Positions 39,766 through 49,497 are shown, counted from the first letter of the stretch. The stretch is 64,000 nucleotides of DNA from an uncultured Actinomycetes bacterium (GCA_963716525.1 OY970315.1:3996682-4060681), one strand, 5' to 3'. The notes: generated by a model from the sequence alone, not told the origin. Program-made: numbers and translations.

Positions 39766-40792
39766 GGATGCGCTCGACCACCGTGTCGATCGGGCCCTCG
39801 CCGGTGAAGCCGGCGGCGAAGCGGTGCCCCCCACCGCCGAAGCCCTGCGCGATCTCGCACACGTCGACCGCGCCCTGGCTGCGCAGGCTCACGCGCACCG
39901 AACCGTCGGGATCCTCCTTCAGCACCGCGCTGACGTCGGCCTCCTTCGTGCGGCGCACGACATCGATGAGTCCCTCGACCTCATCCATGGTGACATCGTG
40001 CTCGGCAAGGTCGGCTTGCGTGACCGATGTCCACACGAAGCTCTGCTCGGGCACGAGCTCAGCGCGCGCGATCACCGCGGCGAGCAGTCGCATGTACTGG
40101 AACCGGTGCTCCTCGAACAGGGTGCGCGACAGCAACGCGATCGGCAGGTCGAACTCCGTGAGCTCGCGGGCGAGCTCGAACACCGCCGGGGTGGTGGAGT
40201 CGTACTGGAAGCGGCCGGTGTCGCACACGAGCGCAGCGAACAGGCAGAGCGCGGCGTCGCGGTTCAGCGGCAGGCCGAGTGCCTTCACGAGGTCGCGCAC
40301 CACCACGCTGCTCGCCGCGGCATGCGGATCGATCACGTTGATCGTGCCGTAACGATCGTTGCTCACGTGGTGGTCGACCACGATGAGCTCGCGCGCCGCC
40401 CTCGCGCTCGCCTCGAGCGTGCCGAGGCGCGCGATCGAGCCGGAATCGAACGTGACCATGAGCTCGGGCTCGGCCGGGAAGTCGACGGGCTTCGTGAGCT
40501 CGTCGAGGCCCGCCAGCTCGCGGTAGTGCGGTGCCACCACGAACGGCTCCGAGAACGAGGCGATCGACGGCACACCCGCGGCGCGCAGCACGAGGTGGAG
40601 GCCGAGCATCGAGCCGAGCGCGTCGCCGTCGGGCGACACGTGGCACGCGAGCGCCACGGCGCGGGCACCGGCGATCGCAACCGCAGCCTGCTCGAGCGCG
40701 CCGCGGTACTCGGCGGCCTCGTCGCTGCCACCGTCGCCGCCGCCGGAGCGGGCTTCGGGGTCGTGGGAGCGCGCGGACATCACTGTCTTCAT
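39746..40792 (-). CDS. nrnA: DHH/DHHA1 family phosphoesterase (NrnA-type oligoribonuclease / pAp phosphatase)
   Basis: DHH motifs (HVSPDGDALGS, VTFDSGS, VVDHHVSN) and DHHA1 GGGGH near the C-terminus. Start at MKTVMSARS (40792). Confidence 0.85.
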   Translation of the reverse strand: MKTVMSARSHDPEARSGGGDGGSDEAAEYRGALEQAAVAIAGARAVALACHVSPDGDALGSMLGLHLVLRAAGVPSIASFSEPFVVAPHYRELAGLDELTKPVDFPAEPELMVTFDSGSIARLGTLEASARAARELIVVDHHVSNDRYGTINVIDPHAAASSVVVRDLVKALGLPLNRDAALCLFAALVCDTGRFQYDSTTPAVFELARELTEFDLPIALLSRTLFEEHRFQYMRLLAAVIARAELVPEQSFVWTSVTQADLAEHDVTMDEVEGLIDVVRRTKEADVSAVLKEDPDGSVRVSLRSQGAVDVCEIAQGFGGGGHRFAAGFTGEGPIDTVVERIRAALPS

Positions 40793-40799
40793 CGGTGCG

Positions 40800-41162
40800 T
40801 CACTGCGAATCGTCGAGCGAATCGGTGCGCCGGCCGCCCTCACGGAGGATCTGGTCGATGCGGGCGCCGGTCTCGATCGCGGGATCGGGGCGGAACACGA
40901 GCTCCGGCACCTGGCGCACCCGCATCCCCCGGCCGAGCACCTCACGCAGGCGTGGCGCCGCCGAAGCGAGGGCCTTGGCGGCGTCCGGTGAGTTGAGCGC
41001 CGAGTAGAAGACGATCGCGGTCGACAGGTCGGCGCGCACCTCGACCCCGGTGATCGTGACCATCTCGAGGCGCGGGTCGGAGAGCCGTTCGAGCTCGGAG
41101 GCGACGACCTCCTGCACGACCTCGTTCAGCCGGGCCGTCCGCGGATAGCGCTTCGTGGGCAC
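40800..41162 (-). CDS. rbfA: ribosome-binding factor A
   Basis: 120-aa ORF ...RLNEVVQEVVASELERLSDPRLEMVTITGVEVRADLSTAIVFYS... Confidence 0.9.
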   Translation of the reverse strand: MPTKRYPRTARLNEVVQEVVASELERLSDPRLEMVTITGVEVRADLSTAIVFYSALNSPDAAKALASAAPRLREVLGRGMRVRQVPELVFRPDPAIETGARIDQILREGGRRTDSLDDSQ

Positions 41163-41257
41163 GCGCGCATTGTCGCGCTTGCACGCGCCACCGTTCGACC
41201 CCGTTCCGTCAGCCAGCCTGTCAGGACCCTGGAAGGAGCCCGGTCAGGCGTCCCGGA

Positions 41258-41343
41258 AGGCGGCCGGTCGAGGCGGCCGGTCGAGGCGGCCGGCGGGTCG
41301 GGCGGCCGGCGGGTCGGGCGGCCGGTCAGGGCGGCCGGTCAGG
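41258..41343. repeat. compound tandem repeat (13/16-bp units ggcggccggtcga, ggcggccggcgggtcg, ggcggccggtcag, each x2) at and downstream of the DUF503 stop codon
   Basis: Read directly from the sequence. The last units contain the tca (TGA on minus) that terminates the DUF503 gene. Confidence 0.9.
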
Positions 41344-41632
41344 CGGTGTCGAGCCAGGTGATCTCGACACCGAGGAGCTCGATGTCGGCCGCGGCGGCCA
41401 CGAAGCGCTCCACCGCGTCGAGCACCTCCTCGACGTGGCGGTGGTCGGCGGCCACCACGGCCACCGCGACGGCCGACCGTTGCCAGGTGTCGTGGTGGTC
41501 GACCTCGGCCACCGACAGGCGAAAGCGGTGCCGCAGGCCGTCGATGACGGGCCGGATCGCGGCCCGCTTGGCTTTGAGCGAGTGGCTCGCGGGCACGTGC
41601 AGCTCGAAGCGGGCCACCGCAGCGTCCATCAC
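41339..41632 (-). CDS. DUF503 (YlxP-like) protein
   Basis: 97-aa ORF MMDAAVARFELHVPASHSLKAKRAAIRPVIDGLRHRF...SVAEV. This is the usual small gene between infB and rbfA in actinobacteria and Firmicutes. Confidence 0.8.
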   Translation of the reverse strand: MMDAAVARFELHVPASHSLKAKRAAIRPVIDGLRHRFRLSVAEVDHHDTWQRSAVAVAVVAADHRHVEEVLDAVERFVAAAADIELLGVEITWLDTA

Positions 41633-41653
41633 CCGGCCGGTCTACCCGCCTCG

Positions 41654-41695
41654 TTGTCCCATCGGGAGCCAACTTGTTGGCTCCCGATGGGACAA
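41654..41695. repeat. palindromic element type 2, copy B (TTGTCCCATCGGGAGCCAAC-tt-GTTGGCTCCCGATGGGACAA)
   Basis: Perfect 20-bp arms. Lies 22 nt upstream of the DUF503 start and about 85-100 nt upstream of the divergent ECF sigma gene. Confidence 0.9.
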
Positions 41696-41780
41696 CAGGA
41701 GGTATCGCCGGGGCTCGGGGCGCCGATCGGGGAGACTGGCGGCCGGTTGCACTTCGGGGGCATGCGGTGTCGTTCTGGAT

Positions 41781-42299
41781 GTGGGCAGGGGAATCGTGAT
41801 CGAGAACGGCCCCGGCACAGAGCGGGACGAGCGAGTGCTCGACGAGCTGCGCGGCCTCTACGAGCCACTGCGGCGCTTTGCCGCCGTCGTGGGGCGGCTC
41901 GACGTGGAACCCGACGACCTGGTGCAGGAGGCCTACGCCCGGTTCCTCGCCGGCGACCGGTCCGGCGTCGCCGACGCGGGCGCGTATCTGCGCCGCACGA
42001 TCGTGAACCTCGCGAGCAACGAGCGGCGGCGGATGCGACGGGCGGATGCCGCGGCGCAGCGCCTCGGCGCCGGTGACGATGGCGGCAAACGGCGCGACAG
42101 CTACCCCAGCGCGCTCGGCGACCTGCTCGCGCTCGATCCGCGCGACCGCGCGCTCCTCTATCTCGTCGACGTCGACGGCTACTCCGCGAAGGACGCCGCC
42201 GCGCTGGTCGGGATCAACGCCGCCGCGGCGCGCATGGCCCTCTCCAGGGGCCGGCGGGCGCTGCGCATCGCAATGGAAACGGAGTCGACCGATGTCTGA
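41781..42299 (+). CDS. ECF-type RNA polymerase sigma-70 family factor
   Basis: Region 2 (PDDLVQEAYARFL...YLRRTIVNLASNERRR) and region 4 HTH (LLYLVDVDGYSAKDAAALVGINAAAARMALSRGRRAL). The start is GTG at 41781 or 41796. Confidence 0.8.
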   Translation: MGRGIVIENGPGTERDERVLDELRGLYEPLRRFAAVVGRLDVEPDDLVQEAYARFLAGDRSGVADAGAYLRRTIVNLASNERRRMRRADAAAQRLGAGDDGGKRRDSYPSALGDLLALDPRDRALLYLVDVDGYSAKDAAALVGINAAAARMALSRGRRALRIAMETESTDV

Positions 42300-44133
42300 C
42301 CGCACTGGTCACAGCGCCCCGGGCGCGCCATGGGACGCGCTCGCACGCCGGGGTGAGCGCCGGGGTGCCGACGCGGTGCTGACCGCGGCCGTCGCCCGAG
42401 CGGAATCGGCAAGCGACGGCGTTCCCGTCGCCGACCTCGCGCCGCGCGACGGCTCGAAACGCGGTCGGCGGGGCCGGCGCACGTTCGGCATCGTCGGCAT
42501 CGCCGCGCTGCTCGGCGCCGGCGGCTACGCGATCGCCGGGGTGCAGGGCAACGGAACCGGCGGCGACTCCCCCGCCGCAGTGGTGCAGCAGCTCGCCGAT
42601 GCGATCGGCCACGAAGACGCGCTCGCCGCCGTCGCCGCGCTGGACCCGTCGGAGATCTCGACCTTGCAATCGACCGTCGGCAAGGCCGAGCACAAGGCGA
42701 AGGACACGAAGCTCGTCGACTCCTCGAGCGCACCGTTCGCGGGCATCGACTTCTCGGTCAACGGGCTGCAGACGTCGGTGACCTCGCTTGCCGGCGGCGT
42801 TGCGAAGGTGACGCTGTCGGGTTCGATCTCGGCCAAGGTGAGCGCGGGCCAATTGTCGGAGGTGCTGCAGCGTGTCGCCGGCAACGCGCAGGGTTCGGTG
42901 AACCTCGCGCGGCTCGGCGCCAGCGGTGGTGCACCGTTCGTGGTGACGGTCGAGCGCGACGGCAAGTGGTACGTGAGCCCGATGTACACCGCGTTCGAGT
43001 ACGTGCGGTCGGCGGAGAACCTGCCGCCGGCCGACTTCGGCTCGGCCAACGCGTCGAAGCTCGGCGCGACCTCGCCCGACGGCGCGGTCGAGCAGCTGAT
43101 CCGCGCGATCGGCGCGGGCGACTGGAACACGGTCGCGTCGCTCGCACCGCCCGACCAGTTCCCGCTCTACGAGTACCGCGCCGCGTTCGCGCAGCTGATG
43201 GGCAACTCGCTGGGGTCGGGGCAACACTTCACCGTCGATCACGTCGTCGCGACACCGCACGCCCACGGCACGAACGCGACGGTGGACGTCACCGCATCGG
43301 GCACATACCCCGGCACCGACTACAGAACCGGCGCGCCGGCGACGGAACCGTGGAAGCTCGTCGACGGGTGCGTGACCGGCGACCAGTCGTACCAGAGCGC
43401 GAGGGGTGTCGTCGAAGGCGCGAGCTACCCCATCGGGAACCTCTGCCTGCTCGATCACGGCCCATTGCCGATCGGTTCGGGATTCGTGACGAGCGGTCCG
43501 ACGCCGGTGCATGCCGTCGAGGAGAGTGGGCGCTGGTACGTGAGTCCCGTGGGCACCGCGCTCGACTACCTCGACCGCTGGGTTGCGAACTTCGACGACA
43601 ACACGCTCGCAAGCCTGCTGCACCAGCCACTCATCGCGCCGGTGACCGGCCCACTCACGCTCGACCGCACCGTCAAGGTCGGTGCACCGGCCGACGCCGC
43701 ACGCTTCGCGTACGTGCAATTCGCGCATTACACGCTGCACGTCGACGGGCCCGCCGCCGTTGTGGTCGACACGCGCGGGAACATGCCGAACGCGCCGGCG
43801 GGAATCTCGGTCGGCTCGGCCTTCGCCACCAGCATTTACGGCCCGGACGGGCACATGCTCACGCCCGACAGCACGTGGACCCGCTATCACCTGCCCGCCG
43901 CCGGCACCTACGACGTGATCACCGAGCGCGCCCCCTACGCGACGCTCACGGTGTGGCGGGCCGCGGATGCGCCGAAGGACGTGCCCACCGGTGAGCCCGG
44001 CTGCAATCCGACGCCGAACGGTGGCGAGGAGTGCTACAGCAGCGGCAGCTCGTCGAGCTCGAGCTCCTCGACGTCCGTCCCGCCGGTCACGATCCAGGTG
44101 CGGCCGACCGTCACCGTGACCACCGGCAAGTGA
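42292..44133 (+). CDS. single-pass membrane protein with large extracytoplasmic domain (candidate anti-sigma / sigma-coupled sensor)
   Basis: The ATG overlaps the sigma stop by 8 nt. Cytoplasmic N-segment of about 65 aa, then TM helix TFGIVGIAALLGAGGYAIAGV. Internal duplication (GKWYVSPMYTAFEYV / GRWYVSPVGTALDYL). Poly-Ser tail. No ZAS HxxxCxxC motif. Confidence 0.65.
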   Translation: MSDRTGHSAPGAPWDALARRGERRGADAVLTAAVARAESASDGVPVADLAPRDGSKRGRRGRRTFGIVGIAALLGAGGYAIAGVQGNGTGGDSPAAVVQQLADAIGHEDALAAVAALDPSEISTLQSTVGKAEHKAKDTKLVDSSSAPFAGIDFSVNGLQTSVTSLAGGVAKVTLSGSISAKVSAGQLSEVLQRVAGNAQGSVNLARLGASGGAPFVVTVERDGKWYVSPMYTAFEYVRSAENLPPADFGSANASKLGATSPDGAVEQLIRAIGAGDWNTVASLAPPDQFPLYEYRAAFAQLMGNSLGSGQHFTVDHVVATPHAHGTNATVDVTASGTYPGTDYRTGAPATEPWKLVDGCVTGDQSYQSARGVVEGASYPIGNLCLLDHGPLPIGSGFVTSGPTPVHAVEESGRWYVSPVGTALDYLDRWVANFDDNTLASLLHQPLIAPVTGPLTLDRTVKVGAPADAARFAYVQFAHYTLHVDGPAAVVVDTRGNMPNAPAGISVGSAFATSIYGPDGHMLTPDSTWTRYHLPAAGTYDVITERAPYATLTVWRAADAPKDVPTGEPGCNPTPNGGEECYSSGSSSSSSSSTSVPPVTIQVRPTVTVTTGK

Positions 44134-44607
44134 CGCTCACTCGTCGGCACCTCGCCGACGCGGGCTTCATCGCCGGCGGCGCGCTCCTCATCGCCGAGCG
44201 CGTTCCTCCACTGGGTGCGCCGCGGCAACGGCTCAACGTTGCGCGGCCACGCGCTGATCGACGCGATCGAGTCACTGTCGCACGGCCACTCGAGCGCGGC
44301 GGTCACCGCGCTCACGCTGGGCTGGTACGCGATCCCGGCGTGCGGCGCGCTGGCGTGGATCGTGGTCGGCTTCGGCGACCCGAGAGGAGGCACGGGCCGT
44401 GCCGTCGCCACCGTCACGCTGCTGGTCACCGCGGCGATCGACGCCTACTTCTGGGTGAAGCTCGGCACCCGCGCCGGCCCGGGCGTCTACCTCTCCGCGC
44501 TCGGCGCCCTCTCCACATGCGTCGTTTGGGACCGCTATTTGGTACCCAAACGACGCATGGACAATTTGGACAGGCGTTACGTGCGGGGGATCTCGCGTTC
44601 CTCGTAG
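44130..44607 (+). CDS. possible small multi-TM membrane protein. Apparent frameshift near 44190-44200, and the 3' end runs through hairpin repeat copy 2 into infB.
   Basis: The GTG at 44130 overlaps the upstream stop (GTGA) and gives VTLTRRHLADAGFIAGGALLIA... ORF 44215..44607 continues with hydrophobic segments (VTALTLGWYAIPACGALAWIVVGF, AVATVTLLVTAAIDAYFWV). Weak evidence. Confidence 0.35.
44516..44559 (+). repeat. 44-bp hairpin repeat, copy 2
   Basis: Identical to copy 1. Ends 18 nt before the infB stop region. Confidence 0.95.
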
Positions 44608-47369
44608 GTCTCGATCACGTCCCCGGGCTTCAAGTCCTGGAAGTTCTCGAGGCCGATACCGCACTCGAAGCCGTCGCGCACCTCGCGCACGTCCTCCTTG
44701 AACCGCTTGAGCGACGCGATCTGACCGTTCCAGATCACCACGCCCTCGCGCAGGAAGCGCACCTTCGAACCCCTCGTGATCACGCCGTTCTGCACGTAGC
44801 AACCGGCGATCGCGCCGACGCGCGGGATGCGGAAGATCTCGCGCACCTCGGCGTCGCCGGTGACCACTTCCTGGAACTCCGGCTTGAGCATGCCGACGAG
44901 CGCGTTGTTCACGTCTTCCAGCAGGCCGTAGATCACCTCGTAGAGCCGGACGTCGACCGACTCCTTCTCGGCGTGCTCGCGGGCCTTACGGTCGGGGCGC
45001 ACGTTGAAGCCGATCACGGTGGCATTCGACACCGCCGCGAGGTCGATGTCGCTCTCGGTGATACCGCCCACACCGCGGTGCACGAACGACAGGCGCACCT
45101 CGTCGTGCGTCTGGTCGACCTTGCGCAACGCTTCGGTGACGGCCTCGAGCGAACCCTGCACGTCGGCCTTCAGGATCAGGTTCAGCGTGGCGACCTCGCC
45201 GCGCTGCACCATCGCGAAGATGTCCTCGAGGCGGGCGCCGCCGCCGAGCGTCTCACGGTGCACCAGCCCCGCGGTGCGCCGCCGCCGGGCCCGGGCCTCG
45301 GCCACCGTGCGGGCGACCTTGTCGGACGGCGCGCTGCGCAGCTCGTCGCCGCCCACCGGCACGTCGTCGAGCCCCAGCACCTCGACCGGCTTCGACGGCC
45401 CGGCCTCGCTGACCGTGTTGCCGTTCTCGTCGAACATCGCGCGCACCCGACCCCATGCCGGGCCGGCCACGACGGTGTCACCGACACGCAGTGTGCCTTC
45501 CTCGACCAGCACCGTCGACACGGGGCCGCGGCCCTGGTCGAGGTGGGCCTCGAGCACCACCGCGCGCACGTTGCGCTCGGGGTTCGCGACGAGGAGCTGG
45601 TTGCCGTCCTCGTCGGTGAGCTCGATGTCGGCGGTGTCGATGATCGCCTCGAGCAACGCGTCGATCCCCTGCCCGGTCTTCGCGGCCACGTCGACGACGG
45701 TCGTCTCGCCGCCGTAGTCCGACGGCGTGAGGTCGTACTCGGTGAGCTGCGTGCGGACCTTCGTGGCATCGGCGTCCTCGCGGTCGACCTTGGTGACCGC
45801 GACGACGATCGGCACCTCGGCCGCCTTGGCGTGGTTGATCGCCTCGACCGTCTGCGGCATCACACCGTCGTCGGCGGCCACGACGAGCACCGCGATGTCG
45901 GTGACCTGCGCGCCGCGCTTACGCATCGCGGTGAAGGCCTCGTGGCCCGGCGTGTCGATGAACGTGAGGGCGCGGCCGTTGTGCTCGGTCTGGTAGGCGC
46001 CGATGTGCTGGGTGATGCCCCCCGCCTCGCCCGAGACGACGTTGGCGTGGCGGATCCGGTCGAGGAGCGTGGTCTTGCCGTGGTCGACGTGACCGAGCAC
46101 CGTGATGATCGGCGGGCGCGCCTGCAGCAGGCTCGGGTCCTCGTCCTCGTCGTCCTCGTCGGCCGTGAGGAGCGCCATGAGCTCGATCTCTTCCTCGCTG
46201 CCGGGCTCGACGACGAGCACTTGCGCACCGAGCGACTCGGCGATCAGCTCGATCATCTCGTCGGAGAGCGAGGCGGTGGCCGTGACCATCTCGCCGGCGT
46301 CGAACAGCAGCCGCACGAGGTCGGCCGGCCGGCGGTTCAGCCGCGGCGCGTAGTCCTGGATCGAGATGCCGCGCGGCACCACGATCTCGCCCTCGGGAAC
46401 CGGGGCGTCGTGTGGCGTGAGCGTGAGGCTCTGTTGGAGCTCGCTCTCGTCGAAGTCGCGACGCCGCTTCTTGCGCCGAGACGGCCGCCTCCCGCCGCCA
46501 CGGGGACCACCACGGCCTCCGGGACCGCCGGGACCGCCGCCGCCACCGGGACGGCCGGCGCCACCGCCGCCACCACCGAAACCGCCACGACCGGCACCGC
46601 CACCACCGCCACCACTGAAGCCGCCGGGACGGCCGGCACCGCCACCACTGAAGCCGCCGGGACGACCGCCGGTGCCCGCGCCGGTTCCGGTGCGAGCCCC
46701 GCCGGGCGCACCGCGTGCGCCGAAGTTGCGCGGACCGGGCGGCGGCGGCGTGCGCCGCCCACCCATGCCGGGCGGCGGCGGGATGATCTTGCCGCTCCCC
46801 GAACGCAGCGGCTGGCGCGGCGGCGACGGGGGCGGCGCGCCGATCGACGGGCCGCTGCGGGCCGCCGGCGCCTCACGCTCGCGGGGCGCGGGCCGCTCGA
46901 CGATCGGTGGCGGCGCGGGGATGCCGCCGGTGGAACGCACCGCGCTCTTCGACCGCTCGATGCGCTGGCTCGGCTCGGCGACGACCGGCGCGGCGGGCGC
47001 CTCCGCGGCCACCTGCTGCTCGGGCGTGCTGATCGGTGCCGCTGCCGGCGCCTCCGGAGCCGGGGCGGGGGCCGGGGCCGGGGCCGCGACCGGCGCGGGC
47101 GCGGGCGCGCCGACGGTCACCTCGGCCGCGACCCGCTGCGGGTCCGGCTCGGGAGCCGGAGCCGGGGCCGGGGCCGGTTCGGGCTCCGGCTCGCGCTTCA
47201 AGCCCTTGGCGTCGGCAAGACGGCGGACGCGGTCGGCCGAGGGCTCGTCGATGCTCGATGAATGGCTCTTCACGCCGAGCTTCAGCTCAGCGGCAAGATC
47301 CATGATGATCGGGTTCTCGACACCGAGCTCTCGCGCAAGCTCGTAGACCCTGATCTTCTTCGTTGCCAA
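44577..47369 (-). CDS. infB: translation initiation factor IF-2
   Basis: 930 aa. Low-complexity Pro/Gly/Ala N-region, G-domain ([24 protein letters not shown] context VTKVDR), and C-terminal domains. Confidence 0.95.
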   Translation of the reverse strand: MATKKIRVYELARELGVENPIIMDLAAELKLGVKSHSSSIDEPSADRVRRLADAKGLKREPEPEPAPAPAPAPEPDPQRVAAEVTVGAPAPAPVAAPAPAPAPAPEAPAAAPISTPEQQVAAEAPAAPVVAEPSQRIERSKSAVRSTGGIPAPPPIVERPAPREREAPAARSGPSIGAPPPSPPRQPLRSGSGKIIPPPPGMGGRRTPPPPGPRNFGARGAPGGARTGTGAGTGGRPGGFSGGGAGRPGGFSGGGGGGAGRGGFGGGGGGAGRPGGGGGPGGPGGRGGPRGGGRRPSRRKKRRRDFDESELQQSLTLTPHDAPVPEGEIVVPRGISIQDYAPRLNRRPADLVRLLFDAGEMVTATASLSDEMIELIAESLGAQVLVVEPGSEEEIELMALLTADEDDEDEDPSLLQARPPIITVLGHVDHGKTTLLDRIRHANVVSGEAGGITQHIGAYQTEHNGRALTFIDTPGHEAFTAMRKRGAQVTDIAVLVVAADDGVMPQTVEAINHAKAAEVPIVVAVTKVDREDADATKVRTQLTEYDLTPSDYGGETTVVDVAAKTGQGIDALLEAIIDTADIELTDEDGNQLLVANPERNVRAVVLEAHLDQGRGPVSTVLVEEGTLRVGDTVVAGPAWGRVRAMFDENGNTVSEAGPSKPVEVLGLDDVPVGGDELRSAPSDKVARTVAEARARRRRTAGLVHRETLGGGARLEDIFAMVQRGEVATLNLILKADVQGSLEAVTEALRKVDQTHDEVRLSFVHRGVGGITESDIDLAAVSNATVIGFNVRPDRKAREHAEKESVDVRLYEVIYGLLEDVNNALVGMLKPEFQEVVTGDAEVREIFRIPRVGAIAGCYVQNGVITRGSKVRFLREGVVIWNGQIASLKRFKEDVREVRDGFECGIGLENFQDLKPGDVIETYEEREIPRT

Positions 47370-47387
47370 AACCGATCGCTACCTTCG

Positions 47388-47672
47388 TCACCTCGGAGGG
47401 CCGCCGGGGCGGCCGCTCTCGTCAAACAGTCTCGCGCGCAGGTCCTCGACGTCCAGAGACGTGAAGTCGGCCCGCAGCGCCCGGGCGAGCGCACCTCGCC
47501 GGATTGCCGTGTCGAAACACTCGGATGAGCACAACCACGCGCCGCGGCCGGGAGCTTCCCGACCGACGCCGACGCGGCCGTGCGCGTCGCGTGCGCAGCG
47601 CCGCCAACCGCAACCTGGGGTCACGGTGGTACGGCAGCCGACGCACGTGCGCCGCCGCTCGCGCGCTGTCAC
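47388..47672 (-). CDS. ylxR: YlxR/RnpM (DUF448) family RNA-binding protein
   Basis: RTCVGCR...GRGAWLC signature. Lies between nusA and infB, with a 4-nt overlap with the nusA stop. Confidence 0.8.
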   Translation of the reverse strand: MTARERRRTCVGCRTTVTPGCGWRRCARDAHGRVGVGREAPGRGAWLCSSECFDTAIRRGALARALRADFTSLDVEDLRARLFDESGRPGGPPR

Positions 47673-48940
47673 CCGTCTACGTCACCACCCCCGCTCGCAC
47701 CCTCGGCCAGCGCCACGTCGTCGGCGCTCACCGCGTCGCCGACCGAGTCGCTCACCTCGAGCACGGTATCGGCCGCGCCGGTGCCGTCGTTGGCCTCCGC
47801 GACCGCTTCCACCGCGTCGCTGATGTCGTTGGCCTCGGGCGCCAGCGGCACGATGCCCGCGTAGCCGGCCTCGGCCGCCGAGATCACGTCGCCGCCCTCG
47901 GCGGGCTGCCACACGAGCTTGCCTTCGACCTCGATCCATTCGCCCTCGGCGAAGTCGCCTGACTCCTCCTCGGCGAGCTGGGTCTCGCTCTTGATGTCGA
48001 CCCGCCAGCCGGTGAGGCGGGCGGCGAGGCGGGCGTTCTGGCCCTCCTTGCCGATCGCGAGCGACAGCTGGAAGTCGGGCACGATGACCTCGGCGATGCC
48101 GGTGTCTTCGTGGATCCGAACCTCCTTCACCTTCGCGGGGGCGAGCGCCTTCATCACGAAGTCGGTGGGGCTGTCGGTGTAGGGGACGATGTCGACCTTC
48201 TCGCCGTGCAGCTCGGTGACCACCTGGCGCACACGCATGCCGCGCGCGCCGACGCACGCGCCGACCGGGTCGACGTTCGAGTCGTTCGACGCGACCGCGA
48301 TCTTCGTGCGATGACCGGGCTCGCGCGCGCACGCGCGGATCTCGATGACGCCGTCGATCAGCTCGGGCACTTCCAGCTCGAACAGGCCCTTCACGAGGCC
48401 GGGGTGGGTGCGCGACACCACGATCTGCGGGCCCTTGGCGGTGCGCCGCACCTCGACGATGTACGCCTTGCAGCGGCTGCCGTGGTCGTAGCGCTCGTTC
48501 TGCACCTGCTCGGCCTGCGGCAGCAGCGCCTCGACCCGGCCGAGGTCGAGCAGCGTGTAGCGCGAGTCGGTCTGCTGCACGATGCCCGTGACGATCTCGC
48601 CCTCGCGGCCCGCGAACTCCTCGTACTTGCGGTCGCGCTCCACCTCACGGATGCGCTGGGTGATCACCTGCTTGGCAGTCTGCGCGGCGATGCGACCGAA
48701 ATCCTTCGGCGTGTCGTCCCACTCGCGGGTGATCGTGCCTTCCTCGTCGAGCTCGAGCGCGATCACCCGGATCTCGCCGGAGTCGGGGTCGATCTCGACC
48801 TCGGCCTCCTCGGCCGCGTTCGGCAGCCGCTTGTAGGCGGTGACGAGCGCGTTCGCGAGCGCGAGCAAGAGGTCTTCCTCGGAGATGCCCCGTTCCACGG
48901 CGAGCGCGCGCAGGGCCTCCATCATGTCGGGGTTTGTCAT
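47669..48940 (-). CDS. nusA: transcription termination/antitermination factor NusA
   Basis: N-domain, S1 ([21 protein letters not shown]) and two KH domains ([29 protein letters not shown]). Acidic C-terminal extension. Confidence 0.95.
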   Translation of the reverse strand: MTNPDMMEALRALAVERGISEEDLLLALANALVTAYKRLPNAAEEAEVEIDPDSGEIRVIALELDEEGTITREWDDTPKDFGRIAAQTAKQVITQRIREVERDRKYEEFAGREGEIVTGIVQQTDSRYTLLDLGRVEALLPQAEQVQNERYDHGSRCKAYIVEVRRTAKGPQIVVSRTHPGLVKGLFELEVPELIDGVIEIRACAREPGHRTKIAVASNDSNVDPVGACVGARGMRVRQVVTELHGEKVDIVPYTDSPTDFVMKALAPAKVKEVRIHEDTGIAEVIVPDFQLSLAIGKEGQNARLAARLTGWRVDIKSETQLAEEESGDFAEGEWIEVEGKLVWQPAEGGDVISAAEAGYAGIVPLAPEANDISDAVEAVAEANDGTGAADTVLEVSDSVGDAVSADDVALAEGASGGGDVDG

Positions 48941-49497
48941 GACCGCGTCGTCTCCTTCACGCGCGCGTTCGCGCCCGGCTTGGTGCGGCCGGGCCGCGGT
49001 GCAGGCCCCCAGTCGAAGACGGTGCGCGCGGCGATCACGTCGTCGTACGCGATGACGAGCTCGGTGCCGTGCTCGTCGAGGATCGTGATCGTGTGTTGCG
49101 TGCGCTCGGTGCGGTCGGTGCGGTCGGTGTGGTGGGTGCCGGCGAGCCGGCCGCGGACGCGGGTGGCGGCGCCCGACTCGTCGCGGTACTTCACGCTGAC
49201 GTCGACGCCGACGGCCGCGCGGAAATGCTCGGGTCGGGACAGCTTGCGCTCGAGGCCGGGGCTCGACACCTCCAGCTGGAACGCGCCGGTGACGGCCTCC
49301 TCGACCGCGTGCTCGACCGCATGCGTCGCGTCGGACAGCACCTCCAGATCGATGCCCGTGCCGTCGGGCCGCTGGACGCTGATCCGCACCACGCGGGCCC
49401 GGCCGCTGCCGGTGAGCTCCACGTCGTACACCTCGAGCCCGAGGGGTGCCACGAGCGGCGCGGCGGCGGCGCGCAGGGCGTCCAGATCGACAGTCAT
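48937..49497 (-). CDS. rimP: ribosome maturation factor RimP
   Basis: LGLEVYDVEL...LEVSSPGLERKLSRPEHF. Start at MTVDLDAL. 4-nt overlap with nusA. Confidence 0.85.
   Translation of the reverse strand: MTVDLDALRAAAAPLVAPLGLEVYDVELTGSGRARVVRISVQRPDGTGIDLEVLSDATHAVEHAVEEAVTGAFQLEVSSPGLERKLSRPEHFRAAVGVDVSVKYRDESGAATRVRGRLAGTHHTDRTDRTERTQHTITILDEHGTELVIAYDDVIAARTVFDWGPAPRPGRTKPGANARVKETTRS
49104..49139. repeat. 4 x 9-bp tandem repeat (ggtcggtgc type) inside rimP
   Basis: Read directly from the sequence. Encodes HHTDRTDRTERT in frame. Confidence 0.85.

Noticed and set aside
41258-41343. Possible CRISPR array (also considered for 62108..62151, 6698..6769 and the six 44-bp hairpins)
   Set aside because: The tandem units are contiguous, with no 25-40 bp unique spacers. 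The 44-bp hairpins are separated by kilobases of genes. No cas genes are present.
44031-47261. 1076-aa plus-strand ORF opposite infB. Similar ORFs at 12754..15510 opposite ftsK, 32900..35326 opposite pnp, 17981..19840 opposite the GH5-like gene and 3064..4809 opposite miaB/recA.
   Set aside because: All are mirror ORFs of strongly conserved genes, with low-complexity Arg/Gly/Asp/His-rich translations and no motifs. They are artefacts of the scarcity of stop codons in high-GC DNA.
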